Assembly: GCA_964385285.1 (NCBI GenBank)
Contig: CAYLOJ010000001.1
Span: 24,537 to 88,536 of the forward strand
Direction: 5' to 3'
DNA from: an uncultured Gammaproteobacteria bacterium
GTDB taxonomy: Bacteria > Patescibacteriota > Patescibacteriia > UBA9570
Length of the DNA: 64,000 nt
In this document: positions 9,706 through 19,890 of the stretch, piece after piece
Position numbering within the stretch: position 1 is the stretch's first letter
Layout: each line of letters begins with the position of its first letter
Program-made: the position numbers and the translations under genes
Notes under the pieces: model-generated
Seen by the model: the letters and a program-made list of their open reading frames with translations, nothing else
Database searches by the model: none
Told to the model about the DNA's origin: nothing

Positions 9706-10922
9706 AAAGGAAAAAATCGTTTAGCATCGCGATACATCAGAACAGCTAACAGTAGTTGCGTACATAATGTCGAGATGGCAGCTCCAATATAAGACCACTG
9801 CCATACGCAAAACACTGTAAGCGGAGCATTCACGCAGGCGGCAATGATAAAATTTCTGGTATAAAGCTTCTCTTGACCAATGGCTTGCAGGCTATTTCCA
9901 AGTGGTGCCCAGAAGTAAATCAGTAGCGTGTTCCATAGCAAAATAATCAGGGGAATCGTAGCATTGTGGTAGGCATCACTGTACAGCCAGTCTATTACCC
10001 AGGGTGCGGCAAAACTACCGATCAGTGCCATTGGCCAACCCACTAACATCAAAATACTAAAAAGCTTACGCACATGTTGTTGTGCCATGGCTGTTTCGCC
10101 GCGCTTCCATAATTGTGCGATCTTGGGGAAGAATGATGCGATAACTAAACCAGCCAATGAGGTGAGAAAGAAAATAGGTTTGTAGGCAGCAGTGTACCAA
10201 CCTACTTCAGCCGCGGGGCGCAGCCAACCCAAGATTGCGGAATCCAAATAATTGAATTGCGCATTAATGGCGATACTCGCAGCAAATGGCACCACTGAAG
10301 CAAACACCGTCTGTAAGGTTTGCTGGGAATGAATGCGCGGCAAACGTAACTCAGTACGAATAAATTGTAAGCTGAAAAGCCAACTCAGTAATGCCGAAAT
10401 CGCATAGGCGATCGCAACGTACAGTAATGGCACTTTGGAAATAATCGCGACACTCAGCGCTGTTGCTTGCAGTACGGTGTGTACTAATTTACTGGAAGCT
10501 TCTAAATGCATTTGCTGCTTGCCGCGAACTACGGCTTCATTAAACGTCCGTCCACTCACGGCAATAATCGCTATGGCACCGGCCACAATGGTGAGTAAAT
10601 CCAAATGGCTGCGCCAAGAGACAATGATCACTGTGACGATGAGAGCAACTAATGAGCCGAGTAGCTTTAAGGTGACAATATAGCGGCGCTGCTGTTGCCA
10701 GTCGGTTAAACTGCTGGCGACAAGCCGTGTGACATAAGTGTGTAAACCAAAATCGGCAATCACTACACACAAATTAGCAATCGCAAATACGTAGGAGAGT
10801 TGACCATAGGCAGCGTCACCCAGAGTATTGGCAAGCCAAACCACTACCGCAAACAAGACGATGCGGGTAATAAATTCAGTGGCAATCAGCCAAGTAGCGT
10901 TACGATGAATGGAGGCGGTCAT
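9693..10922 (-). CDS. Wzx-like polysaccharide flippase
   Basis: LGDAAYGQLSY, DFGL, LDSAILG...EVGWYTAAYK; about 12 TM helices. Confidence 0.85.
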   Translation of the reverse strand: MTASIHRNATWLIATEFITRIVLFAVVVWLANTLGDAAYGQLSYVFAIANLCVVIADFGLHTYVTRLVASSLTDWQQQRRYIVTLKLLGSLVALIVTVIIVSWRSHLDLLTIVAGAIAIIAVSGRTFNEAVVRGKQQMHLEASSKLVHTVLQATALSVAIISKVPLLYVAIAYAISALLSWLFSLQFIRTELRLPRIHSQQTLQTVFASVVPFAASIAINAQFNYLDSAILGWLRPAAEVGWYTAAYKPIFFLTSLAGLVIASFFPKIAQLWKRGETAMAQQHVRKLFSILMLVGWPMALIGSFAAPWVIDWLYSDAYHNATIPLIILLWNTLLIYFWAPLGNSLQAIGQEKLYTRNFIIAACVNAPLTVFCVWQWSYIGAAISTLCTQLLLAVLMYRDAKRFFPLWKR

Positions 10923-11964
10923 AGATGGATTGGAGTGTGTTCAGCTGTGTAGACCAACTGTGAGTAGATGCAACGTACTGTTGTAGTGCCACACGCTGCT
11001 GCATCGTAGCAGGCGATTCCAGACCCGCGCAAATGGCATCGGCTAGTGCTTCAGCACTGACAGTTTCTACGGCGATGCCGTTACCACCTGCTAAAGCCTT
11101 TGTGCTAGGGCTGGAGAAATAGATTGGCGTCACGCCCGCAGCCATATAGTTTAGTAGTTTTCCGCTACCTTCCGTTGTCGTCGGGGGTTTGGGATCTACG
11201 CCGAGCTGGCAGGTCGCAAGCGTGTTGAGTAATTCTTCATAAGGAACAGTCTGATACCCTGGTGCAATCATTCGATAACGCAGTCCTGGTTTACGTTGCT
11301 GTACTAGTGTGATCGCCCGAAGTAATAGATCCGTTCCTTTGTGTTGACCAACACCCCCACTGTAGACAAGATCATATTGAATGGGTTGCGGAGCAACGCT
11401 CGAGCCAATACCGTCACGCAGTAATGTAAATTGAACTTCTGGAAATTTTTTGCTCAGCGTTTGATAGGCCTGATCAGAACTTACTAATACGTGGTTTGCC
11501 TGGCGCACTGCCCAATTTTCATACCATGATGCGAATACTGCAAGCCATTTCCAAATACCCCGATAGCTGCGAAGTTCTTCAGCCAACACACTTTGCAAAT
11601 CTAAGACGATTGGAATTTTTTTGCCGAAGCTAGCCCAATATGCAATCCACATACCTTCATGTAGATGTGCGTGAATCATACTGGCTTTCGATTTCTTAAT
11701 AATGCCTCGCGCTTTAATGATTAATAGAAAATCTAAGAGCAATTTAGTTGCTGACGGACCTGCCGTAGTTTTGCGGTACCAGGGTAGTCGAGTAGTACGT
11801 GAAATGTGTGCGGCGCCGATGTTTCTGCCCAGCGCATAAGTAGCTAACTCTACTTGATAACCCATGCGTTGTATTAATTTCAACTCCTCAAAAATGCGAA
11901 TATGACATCCACGGTCGGAAAAGTACGGCGTGGGAGCTATGACAAGTAGGGTGGAGGTGTTCAT
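10900..11964 (-). CDS. Glycosyltransferase family 4
   Basis: PTPYFSDRGCHIRI, IHAHLHEG, HKGTDLL, EGSGKLLNYMAAG. Confidence 0.85.
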   Translation of the reverse strand: MNTSTLLVIAPTPYFSDRGCHIRIFEELKLIQRMGYQVELATYALGRNIGAAHISRTTRLPWYRKTTAGPSATKLLLDFLLIIKARGIIKKSKASMIHAHLHEGMWIAYWASFGKKIPIVLDLQSVLAEELRSYRGIWKWLAVFASWYENWAVRQANHVLVSSDQAYQTLSKKFPEVQFTLLRDGIGSSVAPQPIQYDLVYSGGVGQHKGTDLLLRAITLVQQRKPGLRYRMIAPGYQTVPYEELLNTLATCQLGVDPKPPTTTEGSGKLLNYMAAGVTPIYFSSPSTKALAGGNGIAVETVSAEALADAICAGLESPATMQQRVALQQYVASTHSWSTQLNTLQSIYDRLHSS

Positions 11965-12893
11965 TGCAACTGACGTGTGATGACAGACTTTACAGTGTAG
12001 GGTCGACGATCCTGGGTGTAATAGGATTTAGCCAGTACTTCAGCTAACAAGCCACTGATAAAGAGTTGTAACCCCCCTAAGATTGATAACACCGCTACTA
12101 ACGGCCAGATGCTAGTGGATAGCGGATAAGCCCAACCAATGCGCATCACGGCTAGTACTAGCAGTAAAGCGCTACCGGCAGATACCATCACTAAACCCGC
12201 TCCGCCAAATAGATGCAGTGGTCGATACGCGTAGTTTCTCCAAAACCACAGCCCAAGCATATCGATGAATCCTCGAAAGATGCGTTCTGCTCCATATTTT
12301 GTGATTCCAGCAGTGCGAGGTTGATGATTAACTTCGACCTCACCAACAGAAAATCCGTTTAATCGAAGAATGGCGGGAATAAAACGGTGGCTTTCACCAT
12401 GCAAATCCACATCTACGAAGCAAGTTTTTCTATATACCTTCAATGTGCAACCGGAATCATGGATGCCATCATTCAAAAAAAATGTTCGCAGCCAATGGGC
12501 TCCGCGCGAGGTAAAGCGCTTAGCAATGCTATCACGACGGTGCTTTCTCCAACCTGACACAACGTCTAAGTTGTGAGTTTCTAAGTAAGTCAATAATTTC
12601 GGGATCTCCTCCGGGGGGTTCTGTAAGTCTCCATCGAGTGTAATAAGTAGCTCTCCTTGTGCCTGTTTAATGCCTGCATCGAGCGCGGCAGTTTGACCAA
12701 AGTTTTTACGTAATGTGATTACCGTGATTGGGGATAGTGTCTGCAACAACTCCGCTGTCCCATCAGTACTGCCATCGTCGACAAAAATAATTTCATACGG
12801 TTTGGCTAATTGTGTCATTACAACTACAACTCGACGATGTAATTCGCTTATATTCGGTTTCTCATTATAAACTGGGATGATCACGGTATACAT
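11961..12893 (-). CDS. GT2 polyprenol-phosphate glycosyltransferase (ArnC/GtrB/DPM-like)
   Basis: VIIPVYNE, FVDDGSTDG, NFGQTAA, LDGDLQNPP, two C-terminal TM helices. Confidence 0.88.
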   Translation of the reverse strand: MYTVIIPVYNEKPNISELHRRVVVVMTQLAKPYEIIFVDDGSTDGTAELLQTLSPITVITLRKNFGQTAALDAGIKQAQGELLITLDGDLQNPPEEIPKLLTYLETHNLDVVSGWRKHRRDSIAKRFTSRGAHWLRTFFLNDGIHDSGCTLKVYRKTCFVDVDLHGESHRFIPAILRLNGFSVGEVEVNHQPRTAGITKYGAERIFRGFIDMLGLWFWRNYAYRPLHLFGGAGLVMVSAGSALLLVLAVMRIGWAYPLSTSIWPLVAVLSILGGLQLFISGLLAEVLAKSYYTQDRRPYTVKSVITRQLQ

Positions 12894-12916
12894 AAAACAT
12901 GCAAACTATAACACTA

Positions 12917-12945
12917 TTGCGCCATTTTGGCAAGCCCGATATACT
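12917..12945 (+). promoter_or_regulatory. sigma70-like promoter, leaderless spacing
   Basis: TTGCGC-N17-TATACT, 6 nt before ATG 12952. Confidence 0.6.
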
Positions 12946-12951
12946 AGTCGT

Positions 12952-14406
12952 ATGCATAATCTTAAATGGTTGCGGGCTGCGCTGATAATTGCAGGAGTGC
13001 TGAGTTGTGTTTGGATCGTTTACCTATATTTTGGTGGAAATGGCACACTCACCCTAACCTATCAATTTAATGGTACCGGGCAGTGGATCTCTAATTTTCA
13101 ACCGCATGGGAGAGCGCTCGATCTTGAACAAAACCAAGAGAATGGCGAGACGTATCAGCGGTTAGTGGGCGAGCCTACCTATTTTACCGTTACATTACCG
13201 AGCGCCTATGACTCTGTGGAAGTAGCTTTAGAATATCAGAATCCTAATCAAACTCTTATCGAGTTAGGATTAAAGCAAACTACAAACCCAGATTTGTTTG
13301 ATTACCAGATGCAGCCGGTGGAAAATAAATTAGTCGACGCAAGCGAATGGGATAGAGTTGAAAATGATGAATATGTTTTATTGCAGAAGGAACCAATATA
13401 TTCCTCTGTGGAAGAGTTTCTCATCAATCCACCTTTAGATAAACAGGTTGGCACGTATTTAGGGGTCGCACTACCAAATTTTATTGATACCTCATACACG
13501 CCAAATGACGAGCTGTTTAGCGATGTGTCGGTGACATTGCGCGGACGTCATGAATTTTATGCGTACGCGGCAGCAGGAGAGGAAATGCAGTTTTCAGTTT
13601 CGTTAGACACGATCGATTATATCGCGGGGAGTGATACGGCCACGGTTAGTCTATGGCAAGGTAATTCAGTGCTCGGAGAATCCTCAGTGAATAATCACGG
13701 CACGGCCCAACTTGAGGTTAGTGCACCAATGACCGGGGTGTATAAACTCGTAGTGGCAGCTTCCGATGATTTTTTGATCACACACCTACATTCTACGCAG
13801 GAACGACTCGTTGTTGGTAGTGCGATGCATTTGGCTGGTTCAGAAGAGTATCAGGCGAGTGAGGTTCCAATCAATACAGAGCCTACTCTCGTTAACTCCA
13901 ACGCTAGCTGGGTAACATTCATCGCCAAGCATTCCTACGGAGTGGGTAGCTATACAATGTACAACGGAGATTTTGCCGTCAACAAAGTCGATGCACCATC
14001 CACCTGGGTGAATCCCATTGCAAACGCGCATTTTAATTTTGTAGCGCCACAGAATGATCTGTATCTACAAAGTGATAGCTATTTTGCGCTCCCAGGGGCA
14101 ATCGAGTTTGATCCCTGGTTTGGCTTCCGTACAATATCAAGGTATAGCAATGGCGAACATTTGGATTATGTGTTGAGTAAACACTACACTCAGCCGGAAC
14201 GGTTGCGTGGCTGGACTTCAAGCCAAGTTACATTTGATCTTTCTACGGTCACACAAGATCAACCAAATACATTGCAATTTATGTTGTCTGCCCCAGGAGT
14301 CGAAACAACCCCAGAAGGTCTGAAAGTTAGACGCATCACCATTAATGCTAAACAACACGCTTTAACGCTATCCTATCTATGGGAAAAATTATTTGGCGCG
14401 AACTAA
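12952..14406 (+). CDS. Hypothetical membrane-anchored extracellular beta-rich protein
   Basis: Start moved to MHNLKW (promoter directly upstream, avoids overlap with the divergent gene); single N-terminal TM followed by a long acidic beta-rich region. Confidence 0.7.
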   Translation: MHNLKWLRAALIIAGVLSCVWIVYLYFGGNGTLTLTYQFNGTGQWISNFQPHGRALDLEQNQENGETYQRLVGEPTYFTVTLPSAYDSVEVALEYQNPNQTLIELGLKQTTNPDLFDYQMQPVENKLVDASEWDRVENDEYVLLQKEPIYSSVEEFLINPPLDKQVGTYLGVALPNFIDTSYTPNDELFSDVSVTLRGRHEFYAYAAAGEEMQFSVSLDTIDYIAGSDTATVSLWQGNSVLGESSVNNHGTAQLEVSAPMTGVYKLVVAASDDFLITHLHSTQERLVVGSAMHLAGSEEYQASEVPINTEPTLVNSNASWVTFIAKHSYGVGSYTMYNGDFAVNKVDAPSTWVNPIANAHFNFVAPQNDLYLQSDSYFALPGAIEFDPWFGFRTISRYSNGEHLDYVLSKHYTQPERLRGWTSSQVTFDLSTVTQDQPNTLQFMLSAPGVETTPEGLKVRRITINAKQHALTLSYLWEKLFGAN

Positions 14407-14552
14407 GCGTAGCCTTTACGATTTGGCTTTTAATCCTATTGATATTGGATTCGGCATTGCATGGCTTCGTGGCCGTTGTTCTTCCACTACCAATTTTAGG
14501 TGGGATTTGGCTAGTGAATTTAATTGCTTGGATCTGGACAAAACGCTCATAG
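14379..14552 (+). CDS. Small 57-aa two-TM membrane protein (below ORF-track cutoff)
   Basis: MGKIIWRELSVAFTIWLLILLILDSALHGFVAVVLPLPILGGIWLVNLIAWIWTKRS*; overlaps the end of the upstream gene and fills the gap to rmlA. Confidence 0.6.
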   Translation: MGKIIWRELSVAFTIWLLILLILDSALHGFVAVVLPLPILGGIWLVNLIAWIWTKRS

Positions 14553-14563
14553 AGTGTTAGTTT
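14535..14563 (+). promoter_or_regulatory. Promoter of rml operon, leaderless spacing
   Basis: TGGACA-N17-TAGTTT with extended TG, 7 nt before ATG 14571. Confidence 0.5.
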
Positions 14564-14570
14564 ATTAGCT

Positions 14571-15290
14571 ATGAAAGGTATTATTTTAGCAGGTGGTAGC
14601 GGCACACGGTTGCAGCCATTGACCAAGGTTACCAGCAAACAGTTGCTGCCGATCTATGATCAACCGATGGTTTTTTTTCCATTGCAAACATTGATTCAAG
14701 CAGGTATTCGTGAGGTGTTGTTTATTGTAGCGCCGGAACACGCCGGTGATTTTTTGAATTGCTTGGGTTCTGGTGCTCAATTCGGCTGTCGTTTCACATA
14801 TGAGATTCAAGACAAACCGGCCGGATTAGCTCAAGGATTATCTCTGGCCGAGACATTTGTAGGCGAAGATAGTTGCGTGCTTATTTTAGGTGATAATATC
14901 TATGAGCACGACTTTAGTAAGGCAGTTAAAGAGTTTACTTCCGGTGCCCATATCTTCGTAAAGCAAGTTCCTGATCCAGAACGATTTGGTGTGGTGGAAT
15001 TAGACGAAAACATGCATGTGTTATCAATTGAAGAAAAACCAGCCAAACCCAAAACCAACTACGCGCAGACCGGAGTCTATATTTATGACGAACACGTATT
15101 CGATCTAATCCGTACGATGAAACCCTCAGCTCGTGGTGAGTTGGAGATTACCGATTTGAATAATCTCTATCTCTCTAAGGGCGTACTGACAGCGAGTGTA
15201 ATTACCGGTGAATGGATTGATGCTGGTACATTAGAAAGTCTCTTTAAAGCTGCAGAATTCAGACGAAAACTAGTATTAAAACAATCTTAG
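14571..15290 (+). CDS. rmlA: Glucose-1-phosphate thymidylyltransferase
   Basis: GIILAGGSGTRL, SKQLLPIYD, LILGDN, EEKP, RGELEITD, WIDAGT. Confidence 0.92.
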   Translation: MKGIILAGGSGTRLQPLTKVTSKQLLPIYDQPMVFFPLQTLIQAGIREVLFIVAPEHAGDFLNCLGSGAQFGCRFTYEIQDKPAGLAQGLSLAETFVGEDSCVLILGDNIYEHDFSKAVKEFTSGAHIFVKQVPDPERFGVVELDENMHVLSIEEKPAKPKTNYAQTGVYIYDEHVFDLIRTMKPSARGELEITDLNNLYLSKGVLTASVITGEWIDAGTLESLFKAAEFRRKLVLKQS

Positions 15291-15293
15291 TTT

Positions 15294-16616
15294 ATGTCTA
15301 CTGAGCGTCCACCGAGGTTGAATGTTCCTGCAGTTGAAAGTGTTGGCACTGAACCTAGACCAGAAGCGACTCGAGAGATGGTCCAAGTAATTAATGAGTT
15401 GGTAGCAGCTGTGCCCGCGGAGACTATTGAAGTTGCTCGATCCGCTGCTACTTTACGTAGACAGTTACTAGAGCGCAGAATGCATGACAATCCAGCGGCG
15501 AAAGAAATTCATCATACTGCATTGCAGGATCTCATAACTCGTGAGGGTATTAATAATGATGACTATGAAATGGGACGCATTCTTGCAACTGTTCCGTCAG
15601 AATCATTCCCAAGTGGTTTGCAAGCAAAGCGGCTTTTATTGCGCGAGCGATTAATTGATCCGATTGATCAAGCAATTGCGGAAAACAGCACGTTAAAAAA
15701 GTTCTTTCCAGACCCACGCCTCCATCAAGCAGATCTATATCAGATTTCATACGACTATGCCTTAGCTATCAGCCGTTTAGATTTAAAGCGCGACAAAGGT
15801 CGTGATAGTTTGACTGGGCTGATTAATGACCAAGGTTTTTTAGCGGAAATTTTTGAGGCCAATCTAAAGTTGTTGGCTTTGCTAGAAGGGGATAGGGCGA
15901 TGGCAGTTTTTCGGATTGATCTTGATGGTTTTAAAGCTGTGAATGAACGGTACACCCACTCCGCTGGAGATAGAGTTTTAAAAGAGTTCGCCGATCAGTT
16001 ACGTTTGAAATTCAAGCGCACATTTGACACCATGAGTGTAAACCCAGAAAGCGATCAATATAGCTTAGATGGTCGGCCAGGTGGCGATGAGTTCGTATTA
16101 ATGGTGAATGACATTAATATGTCTAGCGACCCTGCTATCAGCAATGCTGATTACGAACATTATCCGGACGATTTATTACAAAGGTACGGTATCGGTAATC
16201 GCGCGATCTTTGGTATGGCCAAGTTAATCGCTGAAGCTGCAGCCGCAGTGCACATGCCAGATGGTTCTAAATTAACTGCTTCGGTTGGTTTTGCCCGCAT
16301 TCATCAGGAAGAGGCTTCCCGTATGCTGTACGGTCGGAAAGGGTCAGAATATGATCGTCGTAACTTTTCCTTTTACAATCATGCCGCTGATTCTGCTGCT
16401 CAATATGCTAAAGAATGGGGCGATGGCATTGCGTATGAATGGACGCCACGTTATGAGCCTGTGCCCATGACATTTGAACGCCTTTTAAAGAAAGGGATCA
16501 AGCGTTTTAATCGTGATCACCCGAGCATTCCCGTGGATGAAGAGATTATGACGATGTTGCAAGATCAGGCAACGTTGCTTGTTCAAAAATACGCGCAGTT
16601 AGCTGAGAAAAAGTAA
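15294..16616 (+). CDS. GGDEF-domain protein (putative diguanylate cyclase), no recognisable sensor or TM
   Basis: DSLTGLIN, IDLDGFKAVNERYTHSAGDRVL, RPGGDEF, LTASVG, AADSAAQYAK. Confidence 0.85.
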   Translation: MSTERPPRLNVPAVESVGTEPRPEATREMVQVINELVAAVPAETIEVARSAATLRRQLLERRMHDNPAAKEIHHTALQDLITREGINNDDYEMGRILATVPSESFPSGLQAKRLLLRERLIDPIDQAIAENSTLKKFFPDPRLHQADLYQISYDYALAISRLDLKRDKGRDSLTGLINDQGFLAEIFEANLKLLALLEGDRAMAVFRIDLDGFKAVNERYTHSAGDRVLKEFADQLRLKFKRTFDTMSVNPESDQYSLDGRPGGDEFVLMVNDINMSSDPAISNADYEHYPDDLLQRYGIGNRAIFGMAKLIAEAAAAVHMPDGSKLTASVGFARIHQEEASRMLYGRKGSEYDRRNFSFYNHAADSAAQYAKEWGDGIAYEWTPRYEPVPMTFERLLKKGIKRFNRDHPSIPVDEEIMTMLQDQATLLVQKYAQLAEKK

Positions 16617-16622
16617 TTACTA

Positions 16623-17153
16623 TTGATGGATACAAATGCTATGCAAATAACTAAACAGGATTATCAGCCCCGACCACAAATTGAAGGAGTGAAAATTGTG
16701 GAGCTTAAAGTCTTTCGAGACGACGGTGGATATTTTTTTGAAGTTGGTCGCTTCAATCAACATCTCTTTGAACATTTTCCGGAATTTGAATTAAAGCAAT
16801 TGAATTTATCAGAGATGGACCCAGGTGTGATCAAAGCCTGGCACATTCACAATACCCAGGACGATATTTGGTTTGTACCCCCAAGTCAACGTATGCTGGT
16901 GTGTTTAAGAGATATTCGCGAAGGCTCTACCACTAAAGATGTGACGATGCGAATGGTGATGGGTGGAGGAAAAGCACAGTTGGTATTTATTCCGCGTGGT
17001 GTTGCTCATGGCGCTGCAAATGTATGGAATCAACCGGCGATGATTTTTTACATGGTGAATAACCAGTTTTCTGCTGACCCTATATTAAGCGACGAATATC
17101 GTTTACCTTGGGATCAGTTTGGTGCTGAACTTTGGCAGCAAACCAAGGGCTAA
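16623..17153 (+). CDS. rmlC: dTDP-4-dehydrorhamnose 3,5-epimerase family
   Basis: FRDDGGYFFE, GVIKAWHIH, FIPRGVAHG; start could be ATG 16626 or 16641. Confidence 0.85.
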   Translation: MMDTNAMQITKQDYQPRPQIEGVKIVELKVFRDDGGYFFEVGRFNQHLFEHFPEFELKQLNLSEMDPGVIKAWHIHNTQDDIWFVPPSQRMLVCLRDIREGSTTKDVTMRMVMGGGKAQLVFIPRGVAHGAANVWNQPAMIFYMVNNQFSADPILSDEYRLPWDQFGAELWQQTKG

Positions 17154-17154
17154 T

Positions 17155-18162
17155 ATGAAATTACTAGTCACCGGGGGGGCGGGATTTATTGGATCCAATT
17201 TTATTCAGTACTGGTTAAAACACCATCCTAAGGATAGTGTGGTTAATTTAGATAAACTTACCTACGCCGGCAATGTTGAGAATTTAGTCGAAGTCGCACA
17301 TAATAATAATTATCGGTTTGTGCAAGGTGATATCTGTGATCCAGAAGTTGTGAATCCATTAGTCTATGAAGCTGATCTGGTCGTGCATTTTGCCGCTGAA
17401 TCCCATGTGGATCGCTCTATTACATCGCCCGGTGAATTTATTCGTACAAATGTCCAAGGCACACAAGTATTACTGCAGGCAGCTGTAGAGTACACGAAGC
17501 GATTCCATCATGTTTCTACTGATGAGGTGTTTGGAAGTCTACCGTTACATTCATCCGCCAAATTTAATGAGTCCACGCCCTATGCACCGCGCAGTCCATA
17601 TTCGGCATCCAAAGCAGCTTCAGATCACATTGTACGCGCTTATCACGAAACATTTGGTTTACCAATTACTATTAGTAATTGCAGTAATAACTACGGTCCT
17701 TGGCATTTCCCCGAGAAATTTATCCCACTAGCCATTACAAATATTCTCGCGGGCAAGCCAATACCAATTTATGGTCAAGGCGTAAATGTACGTGACTGGC
17801 TATATGTAGAAGATCATTGTCGGGCCATTGAGACAATTTTGCTTAACGGCGTAATCGGTGAGACTTACTGCATCGGCGGCAATGCCGAAATTGATAATTT
17901 AACTTTAGCAAAACAACTAATTCACTTAATGCATAGTGATGAATCGCTGCTGCAATTTGTGACTGATCGGCCAGGCCATGACCTGCGCTATGCAATGGAT
18001 TATGGTAAGTTGCAGCGTACATTGGGTTGGGAGCCAAGTGTTGATTTAACTACAGGATTACAGCGTACAATTGATTGGTTTGTGTCGCACCGGGATTGGG
18101 TTGAACGCTGTACCAGTGGAGCGTACCAAACTTACTACCAAGCTCAATATGGCCAACGCTAA
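17155..18162 (+). CDS. rmlB: dTDP-glucose 4,6-dehydratase
   Basis: Start MKLLVTGGAGFIGSN (ATG 17155); DKLTYAG, HFAAESHVDRS, STDEVFG, YSASK, DRPGHDLRY. Confidence 0.95.
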   Translation: MKLLVTGGAGFIGSNFIQYWLKHHPKDSVVNLDKLTYAGNVENLVEVAHNNNYRFVQGDICDPEVVNPLVYEADLVVHFAAESHVDRSITSPGEFIRTNVQGTQVLLQAAVEYTKRFHHVSTDEVFGSLPLHSSAKFNESTPYAPRSPYSASKAASDHIVRAYHETFGLPITISNCSNNYGPWHFPEKFIPLAITNILAGKPIPIYGQGVNVRDWLYVEDHCRAIETILLNGVIGETYCIGGNAEIDNLTLAKQLIHLMHSDESLLQFVTDRPGHDLRYAMDYGKLQRTLGWEPSVDLTTGLQRTIDWFVSHRDWVERCTSGAYQTYYQAQYGQR

Positions 18163-19006
18163 GATTGTTATTCTTGGTGCCAATGGGATGCTCGGACATG
18201 CATTACTGCATGCCTTTAAGGACAAGAACCCGATTGGACTACGTCACTCCGATTTAGACATTACACAACGGGCTGCAGTTATAAAAAAAATCTCTGAATT
18301 GCAACCGTCAGTCATTATCAATGCCGCGGCCTATACCAAGGTCGATGATTGCGAAACCAATCAAGTAGTCGCGAATAAAGTAAATGGTGAAGCACCCGGA
18401 TTTTTAGCCGAAGCAGCCAAAGCTGTAAATGCAACATTAGTACAGTACAGTACAGATTATGTCTTTTCCGGGCAAAATTCAGCAGGGTATGCAGAAGATA
18501 GCGAACCCGGTCAGCCGGTTAATGCTTATGGAGCGAGTAAGTTATTAGGAGAGAAGAATATCGTTCAACAGGTTGATGCACAATGGTCAAATTACTACAT
18601 CATTCGAACATCATGGCTTTTTGGTAATGATGGGCCAAATTTTGTGGACACAATGCTAAAATTAGGCCTAACCAAGCCAGTGTTAAAAGTGGTGAATGAT
18701 CAGCATGGAAGCCCTACCTATACAAATGATTTGGCAGTAGCTACACGTTCGATTTTGGATCAGCAGTTGCCTGCCGGAATTTACCATGCGACGAATAGTG
18801 GGGATTGCACTTGGTATGAATTTGCACAAGAGATATTTCGGCTAGCTCAATTATCAGTGGTCGTCGAGCCCTGCAGTAGTTTGGAATTTCCTCGACCAGC
18901 TAAACGCCCTGCTTTTTCGATGTTACGAAATACAAAAATCTCAGCTCTACCCACTTGGCAACAAGCCCTAGCGACTTATTTGTCGGCGCGCAGTGGTAAG
19001 GCATAG
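18149..19006 (+). CDS. rmlD: dTDP-4-dehydrorhamnose reductase
   Basis: Start MANAKIVILGANGMLG (ATG 18149); NAAAYTKVD, STDYVF, YGASK, DQHGSPT, PAKRP. Confidence 0.92.
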   Translation: MANAKIVILGANGMLGHALLHAFKDKNPIGLRHSDLDITQRAAVIKKISELQPSVIINAAAYTKVDDCETNQVVANKVNGEAPGFLAEAAKAVNATLVQYSTDYVFSGQNSAGYAEDSEPGQPVNAYGASKLLGEKNIVQQVDAQWSNYYIIRTSWLFGNDGPNFVDTMLKLGLTKPVLKVVNDQHGSPTYTNDLAVATRSILDQQLPAGIYHATNSGDCTWYEFAQEIFRLAQLSVVVEPCSSLEFPRPAKRPAFSMLRNTKISALPTWQQALATYLSARSGKA

Positions 19007-19890
19007 GCGCCTTCAGCCTCCATCCAGTTCAGCTCATCCGATTCCACGTCATACCATAACGCGGAGACAGGAGTGGTGTGCTCAGCAATGACCTGGTCGC
19101 TGTAGTGTGTTGCGGCACGCGAATCGATCAGGTGTATCTCCTGGCCCTTGCTGTAGGCAAGATATGGAGTACTGCCAATCCAGGCGGCTGCAGAAATAGG
19201 TGTGCTTAGACGAATGATCGTTTCGCTATTGCTGGTGTGCAAATCAACACGCTCCAATGCAAATTGACTAACTAGTAGCATTGCGTCAGCGCGATCGGTG
19301 TATTGAATGTCTTGTGCAATTCCCAACTGACGACTTTGAATGATATTTCCACTTTGTGTTAATAACTGCACAACGCCAGACTGCCGATTTAAAACTGCAA
19401 TGGTAGATGAATCCACCGGTAAGATTTTGGTCTCATCTTTTAGAATTTCGAGTTGGGATACTGCAGCTTGAAGCGCAATCGACAAGCTATCTACCTCCAC
19501 TTCAAGCGGAGCTTTTTTCTTAGTTTGCGCTGGCTTTGTTAGTAGTGGCCAGAGTCGAAGTGGCTCAATAAGAAGCGTAGTATTGGGTTCAACTGTGAGT
19601 TCGAGATTTACCGGTTGATAGTTTGGTGCTTCAACATGTAAATGATAGATTCCTGGCAGTAGGTGCGTAAAGCTGGCTTGATGTCCGTGGTCGCTTGTTC
19701 CGACTGGCAATAACTGGATCAGCACATCATCCTTGGGTTCGACTGCAATACGAATGCTGCCAGTGGGTTGCAATTTCCAAGTATGAAAATTAAAACCATA
19801 GCCAGCACTATACAATAAAATAGCGGTCAAACCGACAGCAGACAGGCAAAATACCGCTAGAAAGATGAGTTGACGTACCCGCTTAGACAT
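18976..19890 (-). CDS. Membrane-anchored PEGA-like domain protein
   Basis: N-terminal TM, then YSAGYGFN...TGSIRI..EP, LLPGIYHLHVEAPNY (PEGA-like), then a beta-propeller-like tail; start set at MSKRVR. Confidence 0.6.
   Translation of the reverse strand: MSKRVRQLIFLAVFCLSAVGLTAILLYSAGYGFNFHTWKLQPTGSIRIAVEPKDDVLIQLLPVGTSDHGHQASFTHLLPGIYHLHVEAPNYQPVNLELTVEPNTTLLIEPLRLWPLLTKPAQTKKKAPLEVEVDSLSIALQAAVSQLEILKDETKILPVDSSTIAVLNRQSGVVQLLTQSGNIIQSRQLGIAQDIQYTDRADAMLLVSQFALERVDLHTSNSETIIRLSTPISAAAWIGSTPYLAYSKGQEIHLIDSRAATHYSDQVIAEHTTPVSALWYDVESDELNWMEAEGAYALPLRADK

Noticed and set aside
14348-14638. 96-aa minus-strand ORF
   Set aside because: Antisense to rmlA and the upstream gene; the plus-strand 57-aa membrane ORF explains the gap better.
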